This document shows positions 38,530 to 47,856 of a stretch of 64,000 bases of DNA, piece by piece. The position numbers and the translations under genes were made by a program. Position 1 is the first letter of the stretch. Each line of letters opens with the position of its first letter. Below the pieces are notes generated by a model. The model worked only from the letters and a program-made list of their open reading frames with translations. It searched no databases and had not been told where the DNA came from. Source of the stretch: Bacteroidota bacterium. Its GTDB lineage: Bacteria > Bacteroidota > Bacteroidia > Sphingobacteriales > Sphingobacteriaceae. Location: contig JAFDZM010000017.1 in NCBI GenBank assembly GCA_018266915.1, positions 52,639 through 116,638 of the forward strand, read 5' to 3'.

Positions 38530-39316
38530 TGAAAACGTGCGAATAGTTGTATTTTCAAGTGCAGCCTTGTTCGCGTTTATCGCTTTTTTCATTATATACT
38601 TTGTGATATTATACCGGAACAGGCAGTTAAAAAATAAAAAAGAGCAGGAAAGACTGCAGGCTGCTTTTAAACAGGAGTTGCTTAAAACGCAATTGGAAGT
38701 TCAGGAGCAAACGTTAAATTATGTAAGTACCGAAATACATGATAATATAACGCAGGTACTTTCATTCGTTAAACTGACCCTTGGAAATATAGCTGGAGGC
38801 ATTGAAGAGGAAAAAAAAGGCAAGGTGCTTGAAACGCGCGAGTTGGTGGCGCAAAGTATTACCGACTTGCGCGATCTTTCTAAAAGCTTAAGTTTTGAGC
38901 ATATCGCCTCTCAAGGGCTGATTAGAACAATTGAAAAAGAAGTTGAACGTATAAATAAAAGCGATCTTATTGAAGTCGCCCTGGAACAGGAGGGTAACTC
39001 TTATTCTCTGGGCGAACAACGGGAACTGGTACTTTTCAGAATATTCCAGGAATCGTTGAATAATACGCTTAAGTATGCGGAAGCGAAGCATTTGAAAATC
39101 ATGTTGCAATACGATACCGATTTGTTTACTTTAATGCTCGAAGACGATGGTTCTGGTTTCTCAACTGAATCTATTGAGAATAAAAATGGTTCGGGATTGA
39201 GAAACATTGAAAACAGGGCGGCTATGATAGGCGGCGCTGCCACTATAAATAGTTCGCCAGGTAAAGGTTGTAAAATAAAAGTTATCCTAAATCCTTTAAA
39301 ACAACAACTATATTGA
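38522..39316 (+). CDS. Sensor histidine kinase (single N-terminal TM, HisKA_3 plus HATPase_c, no sensor domain)
   Basis: EIHDNITQVL, FRIFQESLNN, EDDGSGF, GSGLRNI. ATG 38522 used. Confidence 0.92.
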   Translation: MPDENVRIVVFSSAALFAFIAFFIIYFVILYRNRQLKNKKEQERLQAAFKQELLKTQLEVQEQTLNYVSTEIHDNITQVLSFVKLTLGNIAGGIEEEKKGKVLETRELVAQSITDLRDLSKSLSFEHIASQGLIRTIEKEVERINKSDLIEVALEQEGNSYSLGEQRELVLFRIFQESLNNTLKYAEAKHLKIMLQYDTDLFTLMLEDDGSGFSTESIENKNGSGLRNIENRAAMIGGAATINSSPGKGCKIKVILNPLKQQLY

Positions 39317-39954
39317 TGGCAGACCCCATCCAGATAGCACTCGTAGATGATCACCGCTTATTCAGAAGCGGCATCGCCTCCCTTATCGGGGATTTTGATC
39401 GGTATAACATCATATTCGAAGCCGGCGATGGTGAAGAAATGATACGTAAGATCAATCCTAAAAAAAAGCCGCATATAATCCTGCTGGATATCAGTATGCC
39501 CAAAATGAACGGTATAGTTACCGCTAAATGGCTTAGGGATAATCACCCTGATATCAACATCATCGTTTTATCTATGTTTGAAGATGCCGAAAAGGTGTTG
39601 ACGATGGTAAGGATGGGCGTTAAAGGGTATTTGCTAAAAGATTCCGAGCCGCATGAATTTGAAGATGCACTCACCAGGGTTGCGCGCAGTGAGGTTTATT
39701 ACCCTGAGTTTGTAACCCGTCACTTGGTAGACAGCATCAATATCGATTATAATCTGATCAAGCTAAACAGTCGCGAAGTGGAGTTTTTAAAACTTGCCGC
39801 TACCGAACTTACCTACAAAGAAATTGCCGACCATATGTGTATCAGCTCACGCACTGTGGACGGTTACCGTGACCAGCTTTTTGAAAAACTGCAGATAAAA
39901 AGCCGCATAGGCCTCGTACTTTATGCTATAAAACATAAATTGATAGACTTGTAA
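39316..39954 (+). CDS. NarL/LuxR-family response regulator
   Basis: VDDH, LLDISMP, LSMF, GYLLK, C-terminal LNSRE...TYKEIAD...SRTVDGYR HTH. Confidence 0.95.
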   Translation: MADPIQIALVDDHRLFRSGIASLIGDFDRYNIIFEAGDGEEMIRKINPKKKPHIILLDISMPKMNGIVTAKWLRDNHPDINIIVLSMFEDAEKVLTMVRMGVKGYLLKDSEPHEFEDALTRVARSEVYYPEFVTRHLVDSINIDYNLIKLNSREVEFLKLAATELTYKEIADHMCISSRTVDGYRDQLFEKLQIKSRIGLVLYAIKHKLIDL

Positions 39955-39983
39955 TTTGCTAATATTTTTAGCAAATTTGCTCT

Positions 39984-41054
39984 ATGTCACACGAGGAGAA
40001 TGAAGAGTTTTTTAAGGGCAGGGGCGCACAGGTTAATACCCACAATAAGTTTCTAAAAAACAAATATGTGCTGGAGCATATCGAGGGATTGGATGAGCAG
40101 TTCCTCGAAAACACAGCTACACAAATATTTGAGGAGACACCCAAAAAGATTGTAAGCGAATCAAACAGCCCCGATCTGAGCCATATGTTTTCCATCAATC
40201 CTTACCAGGGTTGTGAACATGGTTGCATCTACTGTTATGCCCGAAATACGCATGAGTATTTTGGCTTTAGCGCCGGATTAGATTTTGAGCGTAAGATCAT
40301 CGTCAAACGTAACGCAGCGGAATTGTTAGAGCAATACTTTAATAAGAAGAACTACCAGCCGGTGTGTATCCTTCTGTCCGGCAATACGGACTGTTACCAG
40401 CCTTTGGAGCGCAAGTTAAAGATCACCCGATCGCTGCTGCAAATATTTCTTCAATATCGAAACCCGGTCAGTATTATCACCAAAAATAACGTCATTCTTC
40501 GCGACCTGGATATCCTGGGCGAACTAGGTAAAATGAACTTGGTACATGTAAATGTATCCATCACCTCACTGAATGAACAGCTTCGCCAAAAGCTGGAGCC
40601 CCGGACTGTTACCGCGAGCGGCAGGCTAGGAGTTATTCAAAAACTAACCGAAACAGGCGTACCAGTTCGAGTAATGGCTGCCCCAATAATTCCAGGATTA
40701 AATAGCAGCGAGATACCCAGCATCATCAAAGCGGCAGCAGATCGTGGTGCATTGGCTGCTGGCTTTACTATTGTAAGATTAAACGGCAGCATCGCCGAAA
40801 TATTTACCGATTGGATACACAAGGCATTTCCGGACAGTGCTGAAAAGGTACTGAATATGATAAAGGCCTGCCACGACGGTAAGCTAAACGACAGTGATTT
40901 TGGACGAAGAATGAGCGGTGATGGCAATATTGCGCAATCTATTCACCAAATGTTCCGCATGTCGGTAACCCGTTTTATGGGCGACAGGATTATGCCGGAG
41001 TTTGATTATAGTTTATTTGTACCTAAAGGAGGGAAGCAGACGAGTTTATTTTGA
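39984..41054 (+). CDS. PA0069-family radical SAM protein
   Basis: GRGAQ, NPYQGCEHGCIYCYAR, TDCYQPLE, LEPRT. Confidence 0.9.
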   Translation: MSHEENEEFFKGRGAQVNTHNKFLKNKYVLEHIEGLDEQFLENTATQIFEETPKKIVSESNSPDLSHMFSINPYQGCEHGCIYCYARNTHEYFGFSAGLDFERKIIVKRNAAELLEQYFNKKNYQPVCILLSGNTDCYQPLERKLKITRSLLQIFLQYRNPVSIITKNNVILRDLDILGELGKMNLVHVNVSITSLNEQLRQKLEPRTVTASGRLGVIQKLTETGVPVRVMAAPIIPGLNSSEIPSIIKAAADRGALAAGFTIVRLNGSIAEIFTDWIHKAFPDSAEKVLNMIKACHDGKLNDSDFGRRMSGDGNIAQSIHQMFRMSVTRFMGDRIMPEFDYSLFVPKGGKQTSLF

Positions 41055-41099
41055 GTGCTGTGAATTAGTTAGTTAAATTTGTTACAGGAACTTTTCGGT

Positions 41100-41573
41100 A
41101 TGAGAGACTATATACTTGAAAAGACGGTATGGACACATGAAGACTTTATATTAGGCATGCCTTTGAATGACTGCCTGGTGTATGCATTTGCCTTGTACGA
41201 ACCAAGGGAGCTTGTGCTTGACGTCGATTTCATTTTTGACCGGGTAGATCGGCATACAGATAGCGCAAGGTTTTGGGTTGCGCCATGCTCACTTGTTTTT
41301 GAGGATGTTCGCCTGTCTAGCATTGACATAAGATGTGTTAGACCGCATGTAAGAGAATTTACAAGATACTTGCCAAGATCAATAAAGAAGCCAACTCTTA
41401 CGAACAGGGAGGTTGACTGGCTGTATAACATTTCATTGAATAAAGGCGAAATTATTTTCAGGTCGTCTGATTACCACCTATATGTGCGCAGAAGCCCGGT
41501 ATTGATAGACCGTATGTCGCTCACAGATGAAGAGCGGGGTGGCGTTTTGTTTAGCAGGGTATTCGAGGGCTAG
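41100..41573 (+). CDS. Hypothetical protein, paralog 1 of tandem pair
   Basis: Aligns by eye with 41625-42104 (EK..WT..DF, FW.APC.LVFE, LYVRR.P, EERG). Confidence 0.75.
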   Translation: MRDYILEKTVWTHEDFILGMPLNDCLVYAFALYEPRELVLDVDFIFDRVDRHTDSARFWVAPCSLVFEDVRLSSIDIRCVRPHVREFTRYLPRSIKKPTLTNREVDWLYNISLNKGEIIFRSSDYHLYVRRSPVLIDRMSLTDEERGGVLFSRVFEG

Positions 41574-41624
41574 CTGACGGCTATTGAAAGCTATAAGATA
41601 TTAAATCATTCAAAAGTGCAGCAA

Positions 41625-42104
41625 ATGAGCAATTATAATCCAGAAAAGATTATTTGGACGGAAGATGACTTTATAGGAATGAACTGGGAAGGCGCCCGCA
41701 TCCGTGCTTGTTGCTTTAACAAAAAGTTAGAAATAGCTTTTGACATAGATTACGTATTTGAGCGGGTGAAATCCAAGAAATCAGATAAGTATAGTAAATT
41801 TTGGATTGCACCCTGTACCCTTGTTTTCGAAAATGTCTATGAAATCTATTCAGATTTTAACCACCTGCATCCAACTATGACGTATATATCCAGAAATCGC
41901 CCAAGATCACCTGAAAATTTAAAAAGTCTTGACAGAGGACCCGAATACGATTGGTATATTCATTATGATGGCGGATTATTTACTTTCACTTCGGTTGGCT
42001 ATAAACTCTATGTTCGCCGCGATCCAGTAGCAACAAGCAGGAAATTTCTTAAAATGGAGGAACGGGGAGATGTTTCCTTTAATAGAGCTTACGAGGCCTA
42101 TTAA
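41625..42104 (+). CDS. Hypothetical protein, paralog 2 of tandem pair
   Basis: Same shared motifs as paralog 1. Confidence 0.75.
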   Translation: MSNYNPEKIIWTEDDFIGMNWEGARIRACCFNKKLEIAFDIDYVFERVKSKKSDKYSKFWIAPCTLVFENVYEIYSDFNHLHPTMTYISRNRPRSPENLKSLDRGPEYDWYIHYDGGLFTFTSVGYKLYVRRDPVATSRKFLKMEERGDVSFNRAYEAY

Positions 42105-42472
42105 GTATTATTTGTTGACTTAATTAATTTGTCAACTACAACTCCAATAAGTATTCCAACCAGATAGGACAAAAGACCACCCCAAAGAAATGTGTCACCC
42201 AGCACTAATCTGCCAAAAAGTGTATGCCGCAAACTATCTATCCAAGGGGCCTTATAAAGCTGGCTAAACTCTATGCAAAAGCAAAACAGCAGACTAATCA
42301 GCACGACGAATTTTGTCTTCTTATCAATAAACAGGAAACGGCAAATAAAGTAAACCATAGTCCCCCATAAAATATCTCCGATAAATAGAGGGATAAAAGT
42401 GAAATGGCGTGAAATCAGGCCGATGATAATGGTGGTGATGATCAGGATAAAGTAGGTTACTCGTTTTTGCAT
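42101..42472 (-). CDS. DUF2809 family membrane protein
   Basis: GDILW, IEFSQLY, RLVLG..F.W pattern. Confidence 0.8.
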   Translation of the reverse strand: MQKRVTYFILIITTIIIGLISRHFTFIPLFIGDILWGTMVYFICRFLFIDKKTKFVVLISLLFCFCIEFSQLYKAPWIDSLRHTLFGRLVLGDTFLWGGLLSYLVGILIGVVVDKLIKSTNNT

Positions 42473-42523
42473 TCGTTGTGTCTCATCAAAGTATTTCCAT
42501 CAAAAAATTAACCGTCCATAAAA

Positions 42524-42544
42524 AAAGCGCCATTAAGGCGCTTT
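42524..42544 (-). terminator. Rho-independent terminator
   Basis: AAAGCGCC-ATTAA-GGCGCTTT with A-tract (U-tract on minus strand). Confidence 0.65.
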
Positions 42545-42567
42545 CCCATTCGTATATCGTATTGCAA

Positions 42568-43311
42568 TTAGGCAGTTTCTGCTTCCAGTGCCATTTGCTC
42601 GTCAACCAAAATACGGCCGCAGTGTTCGCAAACGATGATCTTTTTGCGCTGGCGGATGTCCGACTGGCGTTGAGGCGGGATCTGATTAAAACAACCTGAA
42701 CATGAATCGCGCTGGATGGTTACTACAGCCAAACCATTCTTAGCGTTTCCGCGAAGACGGCTGTAAGCAATCAGTAAACGCTCTTCGATATTTTTTGAAG
42801 CTTTATCAGCTTCAGCGTTCAGTTCGTTTTCTTCTTTTTCAGTTTCAGCAGTAATAGTGCCTAATTCTGCTTTTTTAGCATCCAGATCAGCGCGACGGCC
42901 TTCCAGGTCAGCTAATGCTTTTTCGTAGATCTGGGTTTTGGTAGTGATCTCGTAACCATATTCCTTGATCTTCTTTTCGCTCACTTGTATGTCTAAGCCC
43001 TGTATTTCAACCTCTTTAGAGATGGCTTCATACTCGCGGTTGTTTTTTACTTCGTTAAGCTGCCCTTCGTATTTTTTGATATTGGCCTGTGCTTCCTTGA
43101 TCAGGTTTTTGCGGGTTACAATATCATCTTCCAGGTCGTCCAGCTCGTTTTTTATTTTCTGAATACGGGTTTCCAATCCTTCAACATCATCTTCCAGATC
43201 AGCAACTTCCATAGGCAGTTCACCTCTTACCTGGCGTATCTTATCAATCTTGGTGTGGATGGTTTGTAGTTCGTATAAAGCTTTCAGCTTTTGTTCTACG
43301 GTTTGTTCCAT
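42568..43311 (-). CDS. Coiled-coil protein with C4 zinc ribbon (CT398/HP0958-like)
   Basis: Long coiled coil, CSGC...CEHCGRIL. Coupled to nif3. Confidence 0.88.
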   Translation of the reverse strand: MEQTVEQKLKALYELQTIHTKIDKIRQVRGELPMEVADLEDDVEGLETRIQKIKNELDDLEDDIVTRKNLIKEAQANIKKYEGQLNEVKNNREYEAISKEVEIQGLDIQVSEKKIKEYGYEITTKTQIYEKALADLEGRRADLDAKKAELGTITAETEKEENELNAEADKASKNIEERLLIAYSRLRGNAKNGLAVVTIQRDSCSGCFNQIPPQRQSDIRQRKKIIVCEHCGRILVDEQMALEAETA

Positions 43312-44408
43312 TAAATAAAATATTTGACGGGGTTTGTATTAATTTCTGTTAAACGGACGGCAAAGTTAGCAAATTTTTTTCTAATTATTTCATACAATAA
43401 TTGTTGCGTAAATTGCTCACTCTCAAAATGTCCGATATCTGCAATTACCAGCTTCCCTTCGGCATCAAAAAACTCGTGATATTTGTAGTCGGCGGTCACA
43501 AAAAAATCTGCTCCGGCGGCAATGGCATGTTTCAATAAAAAGCTTCCTGAGCCACCGCAAACAGCTACTGTTTTAACGCCTTTTCCGGTCAATGTAGTAT
43601 GCCGGATCACATGGGCATGCATTTTTTCCTTTAATTCGAACAGGAATTCTTCTTCATCCAGCGGTTCGTCGAACTCCCCTATCATACCTGAACCTACTTC
43701 CTGGTGCTGATTCGTTAGATGGTATAGATCATAAGCCACCTCCTCGTAAGGATGTGCGAGGAACAGCGCCATCAACAATTTACTTTCCAGCGTAGCCGGA
43801 TAAATAGTTTCTATCCGAACTTCATTTTCATGATGACGAACGCCTGGTTCGCCAACATAAGGATTGGTGTCATCTCCGCCTTTGAATGTACCGGTACCTT
43901 CTGCATTAAAGCTGCACTCGCTATAATTACCAATGTTACCTGCCCCGGCATGGAATAAAGCATTTCGGACCTGTTCAGCTTTATCTTCCGGAACATAAGT
44001 CACCAGCTTTTTAAGCAGGCCATTTTTAGGAGATAATATCCTTAGATTTTTTAATCCCAATGTTTCACATATCCGCTCATTCACACCGTTCATCACATTA
44101 TCCAGGTTGGTATGAATGGCATAAATGGCAATGTGATTCCGGATTGCTTTTTCTACTACCCGCTCCACGTAGGTTTTGCCATTCAGTTTCTTTAATCCAC
44201 GAAAAACGATAGGGTGATGAGAAATAATAACCTGGCAACCTGTTGCGATGGCTTCATCTACGATAGCCTCGGTACAATCCAATGAGATCAACGCCTGCGA
44301 CACCTCCTGGTCAGGGTGACCGACAATTAAACCCGAATTATCATAATCTTCCTGGTAAGCCAGCGGGGCAAGACTTTCGAGGTAAGCGGTAAGGATGGAC
44401 AATTTCAT
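43311..44408 (-). CDS. Nif3-like dinuclear metal centre protein
   Basis: EDYDNSGL, SHHPIVF, HTNLD, HPYEE, DIGHFESE. Confidence 0.93.
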   Translation of the reverse strand: MKLSILTAYLESLAPLAYQEDYDNSGLIVGHPDQEVSQALISLDCTEAIVDEAIATGCQVIISHHPIVFRGLKKLNGKTYVERVVEKAIRNHIAIYAIHTNLDNVMNGVNERICETLGLKNLRILSPKNGLLKKLVTYVPEDKAEQVRNALFHAGAGNIGNYSECSFNAEGTGTFKGGDDTNPYVGEPGVRHHENEVRIETIYPATLESKLLMALFLAHPYEEVAYDLYHLTNQHQEVGSGMIGEFDEPLDEEEFLFELKEKMHAHVIRHTTLTGKGVKTVAVCGGSGSFLLKHAIAAGADFFVTADYKYHEFFDAEGKLVIADIGHFESEQFTQQLLYEIIRKKFANFAVRLTEINTNPVKYFI

Positions 44409-44417
44409 AATAATAAA

Positions 44418-44507
44418 CACTAATTACACGAATTGGAACGAATTTCACTAATTATAGACCAAATAAAATTCGTGTAATTCGTGCTCATTCAATTCGTGAA
44501 ATTAGTG
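44418..44507. repeat. Palindrome of CACnAATT-type units with about 9-nt period
   Basis: CACTAATTA CACGAATTG GAACGAATTT CACTAATT / AATTCGTGT AATTCGTG...AATTCGTGA AATTAGTG. Confidence 0.75.
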
Positions 44508-44513
44508 AATACT

Positions 44514-45458
44514 TTATTTCATCCAAACCACTTTCTGCTCCGATTTGTGCGGTTGTGATATAATGTCACCATACAAATTAGGCTTTCTTGCCTTTATGTA
44601 ACGGTACCCTCCGGCATCAGTCAGTTTATCAGGTGTTATTGTTGCTATCACGATCTCGTTATCAAAACTGCGGCACTCGGCAATGATGTCACCAAATGGA
44701 TCAAGGATCATAGAACAGCCGTTCTTCAACTGGTCATCATCCATGCCGATAGGGTTAGAGAATATGGCATAGATAGCATTATCATAAGCGCGGGCAGGCA
44801 GCCATTTCATTAGCCAGGCACGGCCTTTTAGCCCATCAAACTCTTGCCTTAATGTCGTCGGATCTGCTTCCCTATTCTCCCATAATTTCGGGTCGACAAC
44901 GCCTGCCCCCGGCCGTGTGGATGGCGTACACATAGTAACATGCGGCATAAACACAATATCGGCCCCAAGAAGTTTCACTGCTCTTACGTTCTCGATGATA
45001 TTATTATCATAGCAGATCAGGATGCTGCATTTCCAGCCGAACAGGTCGAAGATCACATATTGATCGCCGGGTGTAACGTGTGGGTTAATGAACGGATGTA
45101 GTTTATGATACTTTGCGATCAACCCGTTTTTATCAACGCACACTTGTGTTTTATAAATCTTTTCTTCATTATCCTTTTCAAAAAGCCCCGCTAGTATCAC
45201 CATATCAAACTCTTTGGCAATGGCTATCAGTTGCGTTACGCTTGGGCCATCTGGAACAAATTCAGCTACCTCCAGCATTTGCTCTTTTGAAAAAGGAATA
45301 GCAAAGCCATACCCGGTAACCGAACACTCGTGAAAGGCAACAACATCCGCACCCTTATGTGCAGCCTGCGCAGTAAGCTTCCGTATCATCTCCAGGTTAT
45401 AGGATTTATCTCCACTGCGGTTTTCAAACTGTGCGGTAGCAATTTTTATGTTTTTCAT
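44514..45458 (-). CDS. Nitrilase/carbon-nitrogen hydrolase family protein
   Basis: FHEC (E), YHKLH (K), ICYD (C) triad. Start moved to MKNIKIA at 45458; TAACTTTG promoter at 45473-45480 (minus strand). Confidence 0.9.
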   Translation of the reverse strand: MKNIKIATAQFENRSGDKSYNLEMIRKLTAQAAHKGADVVAFHECSVTGYGFAIPFSKEQMLEVAEFVPDGPSVTQLIAIAKEFDMVILAGLFEKDNEEKIYKTQVCVDKNGLIAKYHKLHPFINPHVTPGDQYVIFDLFGWKCSILICYDNNIIENVRAVKLLGADIVFMPHVTMCTPSTRPGAGVVDPKLWENREADPTTLRQEFDGLKGRAWLMKWLPARAYDNAIYAIFSNPIGMDDDQLKNGCSMILDPFGDIIAECRSFDNEIVIATITPDKLTDAGGYRYIKARKPNLYGDIISQPHKSEQKVVWMK

Positions 45459-45519
45459 TTTGATTTTTTTCTCAAAGTTAGCTTGATGACAGGCATTTGA
45501 ATTGTATAATCCCGACAAA

Positions 45520-46320
45520 TCATCTAACCGCCAATAGATTTACTGCGAGTGGATTAGCCGATAATAAATATTGTGTAGGCGTTAGTCCGGTGGTCTGTTT
45601 GAAATGATGTATCAAGTGTGCCTGGTCATAATAACCGGATTCTAATCCAGCCATAGTTAGTGACTCAGGTTTTTGTTTTGAACGTACAAGTGATAAGAAA
45701 TGATGCAATCTAACAATTTGAAGGTACTTGCCGGGGGATATGCCAATGGTCGCCTCAAACAGGCGCTCGAGCTTACGCTCAGAGTGTCCCGTTAAGCTAG
45801 TCAGTTCTTTTATGGTTGTTTGTCCTTTGATTTGTATGATCGATCGTACTACTTGGCCGAATTTGTCTGAATTATTGGCCGAAATTTTAAATAATGCGGC
45901 AAAATAGGCTTCTATGGCTAAAATGGACTGAGTGTAAGATATAGCCGCCTTCAAATTATCAGCTAATGAATTAATTTGATGTCCATACATTAACTGTGCG
46001 TCAATTATTTGTCCCCTCACCTCGTCTGCCGGTAAACCGGATAATCTATAGAATCCAAAAGGATGGAATACGACGATGAGTATTTCTGTGTCGGCTAAGC
46101 ATTTAATATCCTGGTAGCTCTCCAATTGGCCGTAGACAAAAGCATAGGGCAAAACACGATCAATACCTTCTTCATTCCTGATTTTGAGTTGACCCTTAAT
46201 AATGAAAACCAACCCTGTATTCCCGTCAGAAAAAAGCCGCAAGGTTCTATCACTCGCACACTTTAGAAACAGGTAATGTTTGATACAGAATGACCAGGCT
46301 GGTGAGGATGGGAGCTGCAT
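45520..46320 (-). CDS. AraC-family transcriptional regulator
   Basis: N-terminal DUF6597-like region. SERKLERLF...GISP and GYYDQAHLIHHFK HTHs. Confidence 0.9.
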   Translation of the reverse strand: MQLPSSPAWSFCIKHYLFLKCASDRTLRLFSDGNTGLVFIIKGQLKIRNEEGIDRVLPYAFVYGQLESYQDIKCLADTEILIVVFHPFGFYRLSGLPADEVRGQIIDAQLMYGHQINSLADNLKAAISYTQSILAIEAYFAALFKISANNSDKFGQVVRSIIQIKGQTTIKELTSLTGHSERKLERLFEATIGISPGKYLQIVRLHHFLSLVRSKQKPESLTMAGLESGYYDQAHLIHHFKQTTGLTPTQYLLSANPLAVNLLAVR

Positions 46321-46384
46321 AGCCTAAATAATTAATCAAATATACCATAATTAGATTGCGCAGTTTCCGCCAAAGAAATAAATA

Positions 46385-46430
46385 AAATACCTGATACTAA
46401 TATGGCTGCGTCTATCAATATCAGGTATTT
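46385..46430. terminator. 12-bp inverted repeat downstream of TM2 gene (terminator or operator)
   Basis: AAATACCTGATA-22 nt-TATCAGGTATTT. Confidence 0.45.
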
Positions 46431-46449
46431 ACCCGGCGGGTAGTCATTG

Positions 46450-46815
46450 TTATTGTGCGCTCATTTTAGCCAGTTGATGGCTTTCAAAAGCAATTTTACG
46501 GTTGTACTCCATTGCCAGGTCTTTGTGATTTACCAGGTCGACAATCGATCCGATAAAACACAGACCCACGGTAAACAGGTATAAAATTCCCATGCCTATC
46601 TGGCCGACAATAAAGCGTTGTAAACCTGGCACTACGCATAAACCAACGATACAAAAGATCAGCATGTCCTGCGGACTTTTACGCTTGTTGGTATAGTTCA
46701 TGTAAAAATATTTGTGCTGGTTTTCACTCAGCTCAGCTGTGGCTTGCTGTATAACGGCAAGCTCTTCTGGTGTAATTCCTGATAGCCCCATATATGGGCT
46801 TTGATTCATATCCAT
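46450..46815 (-). CDS. TM2-domain protein
   Basis: GLQRFIVGQIGMGILYLFTVGLCFIGSIVDL. Confidence 0.88.
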   Translation of the reverse strand: MDMNQSPYMGLSGITPEELAVIQQATAELSENQHKYFYMNYTNKRKSPQDMLIFCIVGLCVVPGLQRFIVGQIGMGILYLFTVGLCFIGSIVDLVNHKDLAMEYNRKIAFESHQLAKMSAQ

Positions 46816-46915
46816 GGTGACGTGTTTTTAAGTTGATTCAAAACTAATATAGAACTAAAAGTTTTGAAACGCAAAATTGGCGGGCAGAGTGGCCTTGTCG
46901 GTAAATAGCGGGATC

Positions 46916-47224
46916 TTATCGGTATACCGGGAATGATCTGTAGTGAATAATTCTTTGATTAAATAGGGTGAATATCCTGTAAAGTATGATACACAAAGCA
47001 GGTATACCAAGCCAGTGAGCATGCCATGAGTTGCTGATATTACCACGAAATAGCCATGATATAGAGTGCCCCAAACCGCAGCCAGGGCACCAGGTAAACC
47101 CCATAGCTTTTAACGGGCAAAGGCTAAAATGTGCCGGTCCGGAAGGATCAGTGAATGCTAAAGCTGTGAGCGCAGCAATCCAGAATATGAGTTCGAAATA
47201 TCTTGAAAAAAGGCGTTTAATCAA
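46916..47224 (-). CDS. DUF2752 membrane protein
   Basis: CPLK..GFTWCPGCGLGHS motif. TTG start. Confidence 0.85.
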   Translation of the reverse strand: MIKRLFSRYFELIFWIAALTALAFTDPSGPAHFSLCPLKAMGFTWCPGCGLGHSISWLFRGNISNSWHAHWLGIPALCIILYRIFTLFNQRIIHYRSFPVYR

Positions 47225-47630
47225 CTTTCTTTGATTTGCTTATCAGCAGTAAAGTTACTGCAAGCGAGGATAAAACACCTATAAGCAGGGCTGCAAAAAT
47301 ACGCCCGGAAAAATCACTCCAGTTTGCCTTTTCAGTGGTAGATATCCAGTTGATATAAACAATGCCTATAAAGACAACGAATATACCCGATACGATCAAT
47401 ATCTTAAAAGCCTGTATCAATCCCTCCAAAAAATTCATCTTGCCTCCCAGGTCATTATCGCGGTACCGCTTTACGCCGATATACAAACCAACAATAGGGA
47501 TCAATACAGAGACAAATTCGATGGGGTTCACTTTATCGTTCGAGAAACGAAGACCCATACTAAGCATAATAAACAACCAAACTCCACTTAATACTCCAAT
47601 AACTAATCCGGGAACTAAAGCATTTTTCAT
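47217..47630 (-). CDS. DUF4199 membrane protein
   Basis: 4 TM, YRDNDLGGKMNFLEG pattern. Start moved to MKNALV. Confidence 0.75.
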   Translation of the reverse strand: MKNALVPGLVIGVLSGVWLFIMLSMGLRFSNDKVNPIEFVSVLIPIVGLYIGVKRYRDNDLGGKMNFLEGLIQAFKILIVSGIFVVFIGIVYINWISTTEKANWSDFSGRIFAALLIGVLSSLAVTLLLISKSKKVD

Positions 47631-47856
47631 AATAGTTGTGTTTAAAAGGTCATGGCATCGGGTTAACAAGATTATTAAAGCGGTGCGATTGATTAGGTGA
47701 TTTAATGGTTATATAAATATACGTGATATTTAAAGTATTTTCAATTTACTTAAAAAGTAATTTTCGCGTCACTTTGTTTTTAATAGCTACCTGTTTTCCA
47801 CATAAAAAGTTGTCTGTGTGCAACAAAAAATACCTTTTTGTTATATTTGCGCCAGT

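Noticed and set aside
37531-39954. True agrBDCA quorum-sensing locus
   Set aside because: The regulator is NarL/LuxR rather than LytTR, the kinase is HisKA_3, and no AgrB/AgrD motifs were recognised. Only the logic is analogous.
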